In this document: piece after piece, positions 27,142 through 35,242 of the stretch
Numbering within the stretch: position 1 is the stretch's first letter
Layout: each line of letters opens with the position of its first letter
Source: Deltaproteobacteria bacterium
GTDB lineage: Bacteria > Desulfobacterota > GWC2-55-46 > UBA9637
Length of the DNA: 45,183 bases
Assembly (NCBI GenBank): GCA_016200645.1
Contig: JACQEJ010000051.1
Span: 1 to 45,183 of the forward strand
Direction of reading: 5' to 3'
Program-made: the position numbers and the translations under genes
Notes under the pieces: generated by a model
What the model was told of the DNA's origin: nothing
Databases searched by the model: none
The model's input: the letters and a program-made list of their open reading frames with translations, nothing else

Positions 27142-28050
27142 ATGACTAGAACTTTTATCCCCATAACCATCGTCTTATTCTTCATCCCTTTTCCATCCTT
27201 TGCCGCTGATGTCGCAGCGATCAAGAGCATGGATATTATCCCATACGGTGAGGCGGTAAAGGGGTTTAAATCCGCTGTCAAGGCAGAGGTTAGCGAATAT
27301 ACGCTTGACGCGGAAGGTGACAGCGGGATAATTATAAAGATAAAAAATAAGAAGACAGAACTTGTATTCACCTTAGGCACAAGCGCATTGAATCTGGTAA
27401 AGGACGAACCCAAGGATACCCCGGTTATCTTTACCTTTGTTTTAAACCCGGATGCGGTAATTGGCAGGGGGAGAGGCAGAACCAATATCACAGGGATTGA
27501 CATGCATATCCCTCCGGAGGAGCAGTTCCGTATTTTTTTACATGTCATGCCAAAGGCAAAACGGGTCGGTGTTGTTTATGACCCTGCAAAGAATCAGGGC
27601 ACAATTGATGCGGCAAAAAATGCCGCTCAAAATCTCGGGATAACCCTGATAGCAAAGGCGGTAACATCCGGAAAAGAGGCAATAAATGCCATCTCTGATA
27701 TGGAGGGAAAGATTGATGTCCTGTGGATGGTTCCTGATACAACAGTAATCACAAAGGAATCTATAGAATATATGCTGCTCTTCTCCTTCAGAAACAGGAT
27801 CCCGCTCATCGGAATTTCCGATAAATATGTTAAAAGCGGCGCCCTTTTTGCCGTCTCCTTTGACAATGAGGATATGGGCAGACAGGCCGGCGAGATTGCC
27901 ATGAGGGTGCTGGAGGGAGAGGATATCAAATCCATGTCCATGCTTAAACCGCGAAGATTAAGATTATCCATCAATCTCAACACCGCGGAAAAAATCGGTT
28001 TGAATATCCCGGAGGATATAATCAGGAGAGCGGATTATGTCTATAAATAG
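27142..28050 (+). CDS. Periplasmic substrate-binding protein, ABC_sub_bind (PF04392)-like, without cognate permease or ATPase
   Basis: 302 aa with a signal peptide. KRVGVVYDPAKNQ...DVLWMVPDTTV...IPLIGISDKYVKSGALFAV...INLNTAEKIGLNIP matches my recollection of PF04392. Confidence 0.7.
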   Translation: MTRTFIPITIVLFFIPFPSFAADVAAIKSMDIIPYGEAVKGFKSAVKAEVSEYTLDAEGDSGIIIKIKNKKTELVFTLGTSALNLVKDEPKDTPVIFTFVLNPDAVIGRGRGRTNITGIDMHIPPEEQFRIFLHVMPKAKRVGVVYDPAKNQGTIDAAKNAAQNLGITLIAKAVTSGKEAINAISDMEGKIDVLWMVPDTTVITKESIEYMLLFSFRNRIPLIGISDKYVKSGALFAVSFDNEDMGRQAGEIAMRVLEGEDIKSMSMLKPRRLRLSINLNTAEKIGLNIPEDIIRRADYVYK

Positions 28051-28054
28051 ACAA

Positions 28055-28159
28055 GTAAACCCCCACACCTTGACCGCAGGGCATTATACCCTGCGGCAAG
28101 AAAAGAAGCAGCCCTGCGCCAAGAGCGCAGGGCATTCCCAACAAGGTGTGGGGGTAAAC
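28055..28159. mobile_element. MITE-like nested palindrome flanked by a GTAAAC direct repeat
   Basis: A 13-bp perfect outer stem, 28060-28072 with 28142-28154. Inner hairpins are CCGCAGGG-7 nt-CCCTGCGG (28074-28096) and GCCCTGCGC-5 nt-GCGCAGGGC (28111-28133). GTAAAC occurs at 28055-28060 and 28154-28159. Confidence 0.55.
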
Positions 28160-28180
28160 CGTGGAGAGGTTGGGGGCTTA

Positions 28181-28204
28181 CCCCCCCCCCCCCCCCCCCC
28201 CCCC
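28181..28204. repeat. Homopolymeric C24 tract
   Basis: Counted directly: 24 consecutive C residues lying between a GTG at 28161 and the histidine kinase frame. Confidence 0.95.
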
Positions 28205-28248
28205 ACAAAGGTTTCAGGGCAAGGGTTTTCTGGCTGGTTACCATCTTA

Positions 28249-30216
28249 GTGCTGGCAATGGCAATCCTTTTTACAGCGGTTGTCATATACCAGCAGGGCA
28301 GCCTTTTAAAGAAAGACCTTACGGACAAAGGGCTCTCTATTGCAAAAAATCTTGCGCATAACAGCGAGCTCGGGGTATTTACAGAAAACGCTAAATTTAT
28401 TGAGCCCATTGTAGAGTATTTTAATATCAAGGCAGAAGAGGATGTTGTCTATGCCGCTATTTACAACATAAAGGGAAAGATAATCTATGAGTATGTAAAA
28501 GGGGACAGGGGCAGACCTCGCAGCATGGATGAGATAAAAGAAAGGATTGATGCGGAAAATGGAACATTCTGGGAGAAGATAATCTTCAATAATAACACCA
28601 TCTATGAATTCTGGGCGCCTGTCATTGTGTCTGCTGCACTTAAGGGGGAGGAGATGGTTGTGGAGGGGAATAAAGGGGGAGGGGGCAGGCCCGTAGGTGT
28701 TGTTCAGTTAGGACTCTCGTTAAAGGGTATTGATGCCAGTTTGAGGGATATCATCTGGACAAGCATATCCATAACCCTCATCTTCCTTCCCGTTGGATTT
28801 ATACTTACCTATATTACGGCAAGAAGGATAGTGGAGCCAATCTCAAGGCTCAAAAAGGGCGTGGAGGCGATTGAACAGGGGGGAAAATACGAGCCGATAG
28901 AAATTAAATCTGAAGATGAGATAAGGCATCTGGCATTATCGTTTAACAGGATGGTGGATGCCCTCCAGAAAAAGGATACGGAGATTATGCAGCATATAAG
29001 AGAGCTTTCAGCCATAAACTCAGTTGCCTTTGCTGTGAACCAGTCCCTTGACTTAGGCATTACCATTCATCACGCCTTAAGAGTGGTAATAAAGCTGACA
29101 GGCATGGAGGCAGGCTGGGTCTATCTCTTATCAGAAGATGGGGGCCTGCTTAGGATTACAGAATATGAAGGGGTTGCTCAAGGGTTTATTAAAAAGATTG
29201 ATCTCCTGAAACACGGGGAAGGCATAGCAGGCATGGCGGTGATTTCAGGAGAGCCTATTGTTGAAGAAGACATCACAAATGATCCCAGAATCACAAGGGG
29301 CGCTATATGGGAAGCTGGGTTCAAGGCATTTGCCAGCATTCCATTGTGGTCAAAAGAAAAGACGCTGGGCGTATTGAATATAACATCCCATGCTGTCCAC
29401 CCTTTTAGTCAGGATGAAAGAGAGATGCTCTCATCCATCGGCAGCCAGATAGGAACAGCAATAGAAAACTCCATGCTCTATGAAAAGATTAAGAGCCAGA
29501 TTGAAGAGATAGAGAGGACTCAGGACAGACTCATCCACGCTGCCCGTTTGGCATCCCTCGGCGAACTTTCAGCAAATGTCGCGCATGAGGTGAATAACCC
29601 TTTGACAGGCATACTCACCCATACATCAATGCTCATGGACGATACACCTGACACAGACCCGAATAAGAAGAGATTGAAGATCATATACGATGAGACCATT
29701 CGCATAAAACACATCGTAAGAAACCTCCTTGATTTTGCAAAATACTCGGAGCCAAAAAAGGAAAATATATGTATACAGGATGTTATCAAGGAGACATTGG
29801 GTCTCATAGCGCATCTTGCAAAGGTCTCAAATGTGGAGATAGTGGAAAATTACCATGAGGATGGGCCGACAATGGTTTCCATTGATGTTGCGCAGATAAA
29901 ACAGGTCCTGCTGAACCTCTTTAATAACGCATTATACGCTATGCCAAACGGAGGGTTATTAAAGATAACGGTATTGAAGACCACAGATTGGGTGGAGAGC
30001 TGCATTGAGGATACCGGCTTAGGCATACCGCAGGAGATTATCCATAAGGTCTTTGACCCGTTTTTCACCACCAAGCCTTCAACAAAGGGGACCGGCCTCG
30101 GGTTATCAATAAGCCACGGAATAATAGAAAGGCATGACGGGAAAATAGAGGTAAAAAGTGAAATCGGAAAAGGGAGCATCTTCACGATAAGGCTGCCGCG
30201 GGCAAAAGATTCATAG
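28249..30216 (+). CDS. Sensor histidine kinase (TM, periplasmic domain, TM, HAMP, GAF, HisKA, HATPase_c)
   Basis: H-box LGELSANVAHEVNNPLT; N, G1 and G2 boxes (LFNNALYAM, DTGLGI, GTGLGLS). The frame is open upstream to 28051 and encodes KGFRARVFWLVTILV, the missing half of TM1. The start is therefore probably upstream via the C tract (see findings). Confidence 0.85.
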   Translation: MLAMAILFTAVVIYQQGSLLKKDLTDKGLSIAKNLAHNSELGVFTENAKFIEPIVEYFNIKAEEDVVYAAIYNIKGKIIYEYVKGDRGRPRSMDEIKERIDAENGTFWEKIIFNNNTIYEFWAPVIVSAALKGEEMVVEGNKGGGGRPVGVVQLGLSLKGIDASLRDIIWTSISITLIFLPVGFILTYITARRIVEPISRLKKGVEAIEQGGKYEPIEIKSEDEIRHLALSFNRMVDALQKKDTEIMQHIRELSAINSVAFAVNQSLDLGITIHHALRVVIKLTGMEAGWVYLLSEDGGLLRITEYEGVAQGFIKKIDLLKHGEGIAGMAVISGEPIVEEDITNDPRITRGAIWEAGFKAFASIPLWSKEKTLGVLNITSHAVHPFSQDEREMLSSIGSQIGTAIENSMLYEKIKSQIEEIERTQDRLIHAARLASLGELSANVAHEVNNPLTGILTHTSMLMDDTPDTDPNKKRLKIIYDETIRIKHIVRNLLDFAKYSEPKKENICIQDVIKETLGLIAHLAKVSNVEIVENYHEDGPTMVSIDVAQIKQVLLNLFNNALYAMPNGGLLKITVLKTTDWVESCIEDTGLGIPQEIIHKVFDPFFTTKPSTKGTGLGLSISHGIIERHDGKIEVKSEIGKGSIFTIRLPRAKDS

Positions 30217-30232
30217 AGATATCTAAACAATA

Positions 30233-30343
30233 AATTATAAAGTTATCAAGTTATCAAGTAGAAAGTTATAAAGTAGAACAGTTATAAAGTAGAACAGTTA
30301 GAAAGTTATCAAGTTATAAAGTAGAAAGTTACGACTTACGACT
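30233..30343. repeat. 8-nt periodic tandem array (about 12 AGTTATNA/AGTAGAAN units) followed by (TTACGAC)x2
   Basis: It includes a perfect 16-mer repeat agttataaagtagaac x2 (30264-30295) and fills the kinase-to-regulator intergenic gap up to 4 nt before the ATG. Confidence 0.85.
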
Positions 30344-30347
30344 CAAT

Positions 30348-31802
30348 ATGCCAAGAGAAAACATACTGATTGTAGATGACGAGCCTGTAATCCTCAATGT
30401 GGCCTCTGAGATACTACAAAAGGCTGATTACAGGATAACGACCGCAGGCGATGGATTGGAGGGGTATCATAAGGTCAAGGAGGGGTTATTTGACCTTATT
30501 ATTACTGATATAAAGATGCCGAAGATGAACGGCATGGACCTCATCCAGAAGATAAGGCAGGAGATCTCCACAGATATGCCGATCATTATCATGACAGGAC
30601 ACGGGACAATAGACATTGCCATTGAGTCCCTTAAGCACGGGACTCACGACTTTATTATGAAGCCGTTCACTTCCCATGATCTCAGGGAATCTGTAGAGGA
30701 TGCTATTAGAAAAAGCAATCTCATAAAGGAAAATATAAAACTCAAGGCGCTGCTCCCTATCTTTGAGGTAAACAAAAGACTTTTAAGCGAATTAAACATA
30801 GAAAGGCTTATGCAAAGCATTGCTGCAGAGGCAGCAAGGTATACCGGGGCGGAAAGGGTATCTCTTATGCTGATGGATAGACAAGATGGATGCCTTACCC
30901 TGAAGGCGTCGAGAGGTATGGAGATATATCCCGATAAACCCATAAAGATAAAACCCGGCGAAGGCATATCCGGTTGGGTTGCGGAAAAAATGGAGCCCCT
31001 TCTTCTCAATGAAAGCATAAAAGGCCCTTTAAAGGATATGATGATAAAAAACGAGATAAAGTCCGCCTTGTGCATGCCGATTATAGTAAAGGGGGAGATG
31101 CTCGGCGTGCTTAACCTCTCAAATGTGAACAATGCCAGAATATTTACACACTCGGACATGGAGACGATCTCTGTCCTGTGCGGACAGGCAGGCATTGCCA
31201 TAGAAAACGCCAGACTCTATGAGAAGATTGAAAACTCTTATATAGGGATAATAGAGACGCTTGCCAATGCCATAGAGGCAAGGGACCCGCGCATTGCCGG
31301 ACATGCGATGCGCATGGCGGACTACTCATGCTCCATTGCCGCAGAGATGGGCATATCGGAGGGCGAGATTGAGCTAATCAACAAGGCCGCGCTCCTCCAT
31401 GATATAGGAAAGATCGGCATACCCGACCGTATATTATTAAAACCTGAGAGTTTAACAGATGAGGAAGATGTGATTATGAAGAGGCATCCTGAAATCGGCG
31501 TGAAGATATTGGACCGGATAGATGGCTTCAAAGAGATAAAAAGGCTCATAATACACCATCATGAATTTTACAACGGCGAGGGATACCCGTCAGGCTTGAA
31601 GGGTGAAGAGATACCGGTCGGCTCAAGGATTATTGCAGTAGCCGATGCCTTTGAGGCAATGACCGCCACCACAAGGCCATATCGTGAATCGGTGAAGCCG
31701 ATAGACGCCGTGAATGAGATCAAAAGGATGAGCGGCATACAGTTTGATCCTCAGGTGATGGATGCCCTTGTAAAGGTACTGCGAGCCAAGGGGGCGATAT
31801 AA
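30348..31802 (+). CDS. Response regulator with REC, GAF and HD-GYP domains (putative c-di-GMP phosphodiesterase)
   Basis: 484 aa. The REC domain has DLIITDIKMP. The HD-GYP domain has LLHDIGKIGIPD and HHHEFYNGEGYPSG. Confidence 0.85.
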   Translation: MPRENILIVDDEPVILNVASEILQKADYRITTAGDGLEGYHKVKEGLFDLIITDIKMPKMNGMDLIQKIRQEISTDMPIIIMTGHGTIDIAIESLKHGTHDFIMKPFTSHDLRESVEDAIRKSNLIKENIKLKALLPIFEVNKRLLSELNIERLMQSIAAEAARYTGAERVSLMLMDRQDGCLTLKASRGMEIYPDKPIKIKPGEGISGWVAEKMEPLLLNESIKGPLKDMMIKNEIKSALCMPIIVKGEMLGVLNLSNVNNARIFTHSDMETISVLCGQAGIAIENARLYEKIENSYIGIIETLANAIEARDPRIAGHAMRMADYSCSIAAEMGISEGEIELINKAALLHDIGKIGIPDRILLKPESLTDEEDVIMKRHPEIGVKILDRIDGFKEIKRLIIHHHEFYNGEGYPSGLKGEEIPVGSRIIAVADAFEAMTATTRPYRESVKPIDAVNEIKRMSGIQFDPQVMDALVKVLRAKGAI

Positions 31803-31804
31803 CA

Positions 31805-33229
31805 TTGCCAAACCAAGCCAGACTCATAGACACCCATGCCCATCTTGATGACCCTAAATTCAAAGACGACATAGATGATGTAATAAAAAGGGCGCAGGAT
31901 GCGGGCATTGAAAATATCATAACCGTAGGCGCATGGCAGAAGGAAAAGGGGCTTCGCCATATTGTTGAGCTTGCGGATAGGTATGACTTTGTCTATGCCG
32001 CCATCGGCGTTCATCCGCATGATGTCAAAGATGCAGGAGAAGACGCCTTCAACGAAATCAAGGGATTTTCATCCCATGAAAAGGTTATTGCCATCGGCGA
32101 AACCGGCCTTGATTATCACTACGAATATTCTCCAAAAGATATTCAAAAGAAAGTATTTATAAAACACATCCGGCTTGCAAGGGAATTGAATCTTCCGCTT
32201 ACAATTCACAGCAGAGACGCGGAGGGCGATACTCTGGAGATACTTGTCGCTGAGGGCGTGCAAGATATTGGCGGCGTTCTGCATTGTTTTTCCGGCAGCT
32301 ATGACATGGCAAAAAGATGCCTTGATATGGGTTTGTATTTATCTTTTACCGGCGTTGTCACATTCCCCAAGGCGGCAAATGTGCATGAGGTTGTAAAAAG
32401 GATTCCCATTGAAAGGATGCTCATTGAGACAGACTGCCCCTATCTTGCGCCCGAGCCGCACAGGGGAAAGAGGAATGAGCCTGCCTTTGTTGTTGAGACA
32501 GCAAAGCGAATCGCGGAGATTAAAGGGCTTTCCTTTGATGATGCGGCAAGGATTACAACTTTAAATGCAAAAGAATTGTTTGCTATCGGAGAAAAAACAG
32601 AGGCGGCAAAAATAGCTTATCAAATCAGAAATTCCCTTTATCTCAATATCACCAACCGCTGCACAAACTACTGCACATTCTGCGCAAAGCATGTCCCCGC
32701 AGGCTTTAAGCGGGGATTCAAATCCTACACAGTCAAAGGTCACTACTTGCGGTTGAAAGAGGAGCCGGCCTTTCAGGATGTAATAAGGGCTGCGGGCGAC
32801 AGACCTGCTGAAAAATATAATGAGATTGTGTTCTGCGGATTTGGCGAACCGCTCATCCGGCTTGACCTTGTGAAAGAGGCCGGGCTTTTTCTCAAAAAAC
32901 AGGGATGCAAAATCAGGATAGACACGGACGGTCTTGCCAATCTTGTTCATGGAAGAAATATTTTGCCTGAACTGAAATTTGTTGATACTATATCCGTGAG
33001 CCTCAATGCCCCTGATTCAGAAACTTATCAAAGGCTTGTAAAGACGCCGTATGGCGATAAGGCATTTCCTGCGATAGTCTGGTTTTTGAAAGAGGCAAAG
33101 AAGTATATCCCGAAGGTCGTTGCCACCGTAGTCGCTGTGCCGGGGCTGGATATTGAGACATGCAGAAAACTGGCAGAGGATGAAATCGGCGTGGCATTCA
33201 GGGTGAGGGAGTATAATGAGGTTGGTTGA
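31805..33229 (+). CDS. TatD-family hydrolase fused to a TatD-associated radical SAM domain
   Basis: 474 aa with a TTG start. The N-terminal half has IDTHAHLDD...GETGLDYHY...HSRDA...HCFSG...ETDCPYLAP. The C-terminal half has NITNRCTNYCTFCAK (CX3CX2C). Confidence 0.8.
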   Translation: MPNQARLIDTHAHLDDPKFKDDIDDVIKRAQDAGIENIITVGAWQKEKGLRHIVELADRYDFVYAAIGVHPHDVKDAGEDAFNEIKGFSSHEKVIAIGETGLDYHYEYSPKDIQKKVFIKHIRLARELNLPLTIHSRDAEGDTLEILVAEGVQDIGGVLHCFSGSYDMAKRCLDMGLYLSFTGVVTFPKAANVHEVVKRIPIERMLIETDCPYLAPEPHRGKRNEPAFVVETAKRIAEIKGLSFDDAARITTLNAKELFAIGEKTEAAKIAYQIRNSLYLNITNRCTNYCTFCAKHVPAGFKRGFKSYTVKGHYLRLKEEPAFQDVIRAAGDRPAEKYNEIVFCGFGEPLIRLDLVKEAGLFLKKQGCKIRIDTDGLANLVHGRNILPELKFVDTISVSLNAPDSETYQRLVKTPYGDKAFPAIVWFLKEAKKYIPKVVATVVAVPGLDIETCRKLAEDEIGVAFRVREYNEVG

Positions 33230-33271
33230 TTATTTGAGTAGTTGATTGCCATCGGGGAGGAGATAAACACC

Positions 33272-33574
33272 ATGAACTATTTTGTTAATGCCCATCATTA
33301 TGCCGCCACAGCGCTCTTCCTGTCTCTTATCCTTGCCGGTAACATTCCTGTCGGTTTTCACAGGAAAAGGTTCGCCAGATTTTCAAGGCCGTGGGCGAGG
33401 TGCATATACATCCCGATACTGGCGAATATAGTCTTGAGGAGATTTTTAGGCCTCGGCTACAGCATTATCCCCTTTACTATTATGGTTGTCCTTGCCGGAC
33501 AGCTCATAGGCGCAAGGATTAGGAAGGGAGATACAAATAATCAATATGGCGAAAGAGGTTCTATCTCCGGCTGA
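33272..33574 (+). CDS. Hypothetical small membrane protein
   Basis: ATG at 33272 preceded by GGAGGAG at 9-nt spacing, with three hydrophobic segments. The track start 33242 (TTG) is less likely. Confidence 0.4.
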   Translation: MNYFVNAHHYAATALFLSLILAGNIPVGFHRKRFARFSRPWARCIYIPILANIVLRRFLGLGYSIIPFTIMVVLAGQLIGARIRKGDTNNQYGERGSISG

Positions 33575-33633
33575 AGAGATAATTGTATTTCTGATAGCGG
33601 CTTGATGATTATCCGCCCGCTTTTGGGGCGGGC

Positions 33634-34116
33634 ATGAAAATGGAATATAAATTTATCGCCGATGATATGCTGGGAAAGCTGGCCAAATGGATGAGGGTCA
33701 TGGGGTGCGATGTGGAGTATTTTCCGAATATATCGGACAGAGAGCTTGCAGAAAGGGCATACACAAACGGACGCATCATCCTTACAAGAGACACCCTTCT
33801 CATCAGGCGAAAGAAGGTCAGAAACAATCATTTCTTCATCCGAAGCGATGACTATAATGAGCAGCTTCAAGAAGTGATAAAAAGATTTTCCCTTAATCCC
33901 TTTGCAGGGTTTTTAACCAGATGCCTCCTGTGCAATGAGCCTTTGCAGAATATTGAAAAAGAGCAGGCTGCCGCCCATGTGCCTCCGTATGTTTACGAAA
34001 CCAGGCATTCGTTCAAAACCTGTCCGTCATGCAAGAGGATATACTGGGAGGCAACGCATAAAGACCGGATGCAAGAGCATCTTGAAGCTATTTTGACGGA
34101 TAAGAATTATCTATGA
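33634..34116 (+). CDS. Mut7-C RNase domain (DUF82) protein
   Basis: 160 aa. FIADDMLGKLAKWMRVMGCDV...ILTRD and a C-terminal zinc ribbon CLLCN...CPSCKRIYW. Confidence 0.7.
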   Translation: MKMEYKFIADDMLGKLAKWMRVMGCDVEYFPNISDRELAERAYTNGRIILTRDTLLIRRKKVRNNHFFIRSDDYNEQLQEVIKRFSLNPFAGFLTRCLLCNEPLQNIEKEQAAAHVPPYVYETRHSFKTCPSCKRIYWEATHKDRMQEHLEAILTDKNYL

Positions 34117-34334
34117 ATGAATTTTCAGGACTGGCAAAATTTTTGATAATCATCGGTCTGTTTTTGTTTGCGCTCGGCCTGTTTTTAAGCCTGGGAGGAA
34201 GCGTAAAATGGCTGGGACGGCTTCCGGGAGACATCTATATCAAAAAGGATAACTTTACATTTTACTTTCCGCTGACCACCTCTATCATCATAAGCATCGT
34301 CGTAAGCCTCATATTTTACCTTCTCAGGAGATAA
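34113..34334 (+). CDS. DUF2905 family small membrane protein
   Basis: 73 aa. LGRLPGDIYIKKDNFTFYFPLTTSIIISI. Confidence 0.65.
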   Translation: MNEFSGLAKFLIIIGLFLFALGLFLSLGGSVKWLGRLPGDIYIKKDNFTFYFPLTTSIIISIVVSLIFYLLRR

Positions 34335-34417
34335 ATGGTTTCTGACTCATTACCTTCTCATCTCCCTATAAACTGTTGGTCTTGTAACAGACCTCTGTTT
34401 TTGCTATCTTTAGATGC

Positions 34418-34804
34418 ATGTTGCTGCCGATAAGAATTTACTATGAAGACACTGATTGCGGCAATGTGGTCTACTACGCCAATTACCTCAGATATTTTGA
34501 TCGGGGAAGAACGGAATTTTTCAGGGGAAAAGGAATTTCCCTTCCCGATCTCCACGACAGAGGCATTCTCTTTGTTGTTGCTAAGGTTGAGGTGGAGTAT
34601 CTTGCCCCATGCAGATATAACGACCTTCTCCTTTTGGATACGCAATTAATTGATGTGTCAAGGGTAACTATGACCTTCAGGCACAGCATAAGGAGAGAAG
34701 GCTCGGACAAAGAATTGGTCAGAGGCACGGTGGTGCTTGCTTCTGTCGGCAGGGACGGGAGGCCGATCAGGATGCCGGAGGAGATGAAGAGGGTGGTTGG
34801 CTGA
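34418..34804 (+). CDS. Acyl-CoA thioesterase, YbgC/4HBT hotdog family
   Basis: 128 aa. IRIYYEDTDCGNVVYYANYLRYFDRGRTEFFR. Confidence 0.8.
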   Translation: MLLPIRIYYEDTDCGNVVYYANYLRYFDRGRTEFFRGKGISLPDLHDRGILFVVAKVEVEYLAPCRYNDLLLLDTQLIDVSRVTMTFRHSIRREGSDKELVRGTVVLASVGRDGRPIRMPEEMKRVVG

Positions 34805-34858
34805 TTCAGGAAATAATATTTTGCGAGAATATGGGAAGCGTCTCTCAGCGGCTAAGTT

Positions 34859-35044
34859 CTATCCAAGATATTCCTTTGCTAACTTCCGGGCAAAATATAC
34901 GCCCGCAGCGGTCCCGATGACGCTCAGGATAAAGGCCGTCATAAAGCCTACCTTCCCGCCAATCCACCAGCCTATCCATCCGCCGATGGTGGCGCCGATA
35001 ATTGCGATGAGTTTATTCATGTCATGCCCGGCAAACACCTGCAC
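34859..35044 (-). CDS. Hypothetical small Gly-rich membrane protein
   Basis: The glycine-zipper-like IIGATIGGWIGWWIGGKVGFMTAFILSVIGTAAG is more protein-like than the overlapping plus-strand ORF. The start may be ATG at 35020. Confidence 0.35.
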   Translation of the reverse strand: MQVFAGHDMNKLIAIIGATIGGWIGWWIGGKVGFMTAFILSVIGTAAGVYFARKLAKEYLG

Positions 35045-35141
35045 TTTATAATGGAGCGCTGTTGAATGTCAAGGGATCCGTGGCATCTCCTTAAAATCAC
35101 ATGCCCAAAAATAGACTTTGATTTTTGGGGAAACCTGCAAG

Positions 35142-35242
35142 TTGCCTGCCAGACGAGGCAGCGGACAATTTTTACGACGAGCCGTATGTTAACCGATACG
35201 GTGAGGAGTAAAAATTGTCCAATAACGAAGTATGGCAGGCAA
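35142..35242. other. About 100-nt long imperfect hairpin in a 600-bp non-coding region (candidate structured RNA or inverted repeat)
   Basis: TTGCCTGCCA (35142-35151) pairs with TGGCAGGCAA (35233-35242). GGACAATTTTTAC (35163-35175) pairs with GTAAAAATTGTCC (35208-35220). The apical stem is CCGTAT/ATACGG. Confidence 0.5.

Noticed and set aside
28037-28361. Two poly-proline ORFs (28037..28249 and 28161..28361) crossing the C24 tract
   Set aside because: They are by-products of the MITE-like palindrome and the homopolymer. Only the first 7 codons of 28161 are likely meaningful, as the displaced kinase start.
30233-30343. Possible CRISPR array, considered for the tandem arrays in general
   Set aside because: The units are 7-8 nt with no unique spacers, no repeats of 24 nt or more, and no cas genes in the window.
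33600-33633. Hairpin CCGCCCGC-tttt-GGGGCGGGC just before the Mut7-C gene, considered as a terminator
   Set aside because: No T-run follows and it abuts the ATG. It may affect translation initiation, but I cannot support a terminator call.
33541-33870. 109-aa minus-strand ORF
   Set aside because: It is antisense to the Mut7-C/DUF82 gene, which has clear motifs (ILTRD, zinc ribbon).
34797-35051. 84-aa plus-strand ORF overlapping the small Gly-rich membrane protein gene
   Set aside because: Its Pro/Ile-rich, repeat-like translation is the antisense image of the glycine-zipper ORF. Even the minus-strand call is only low confidence.
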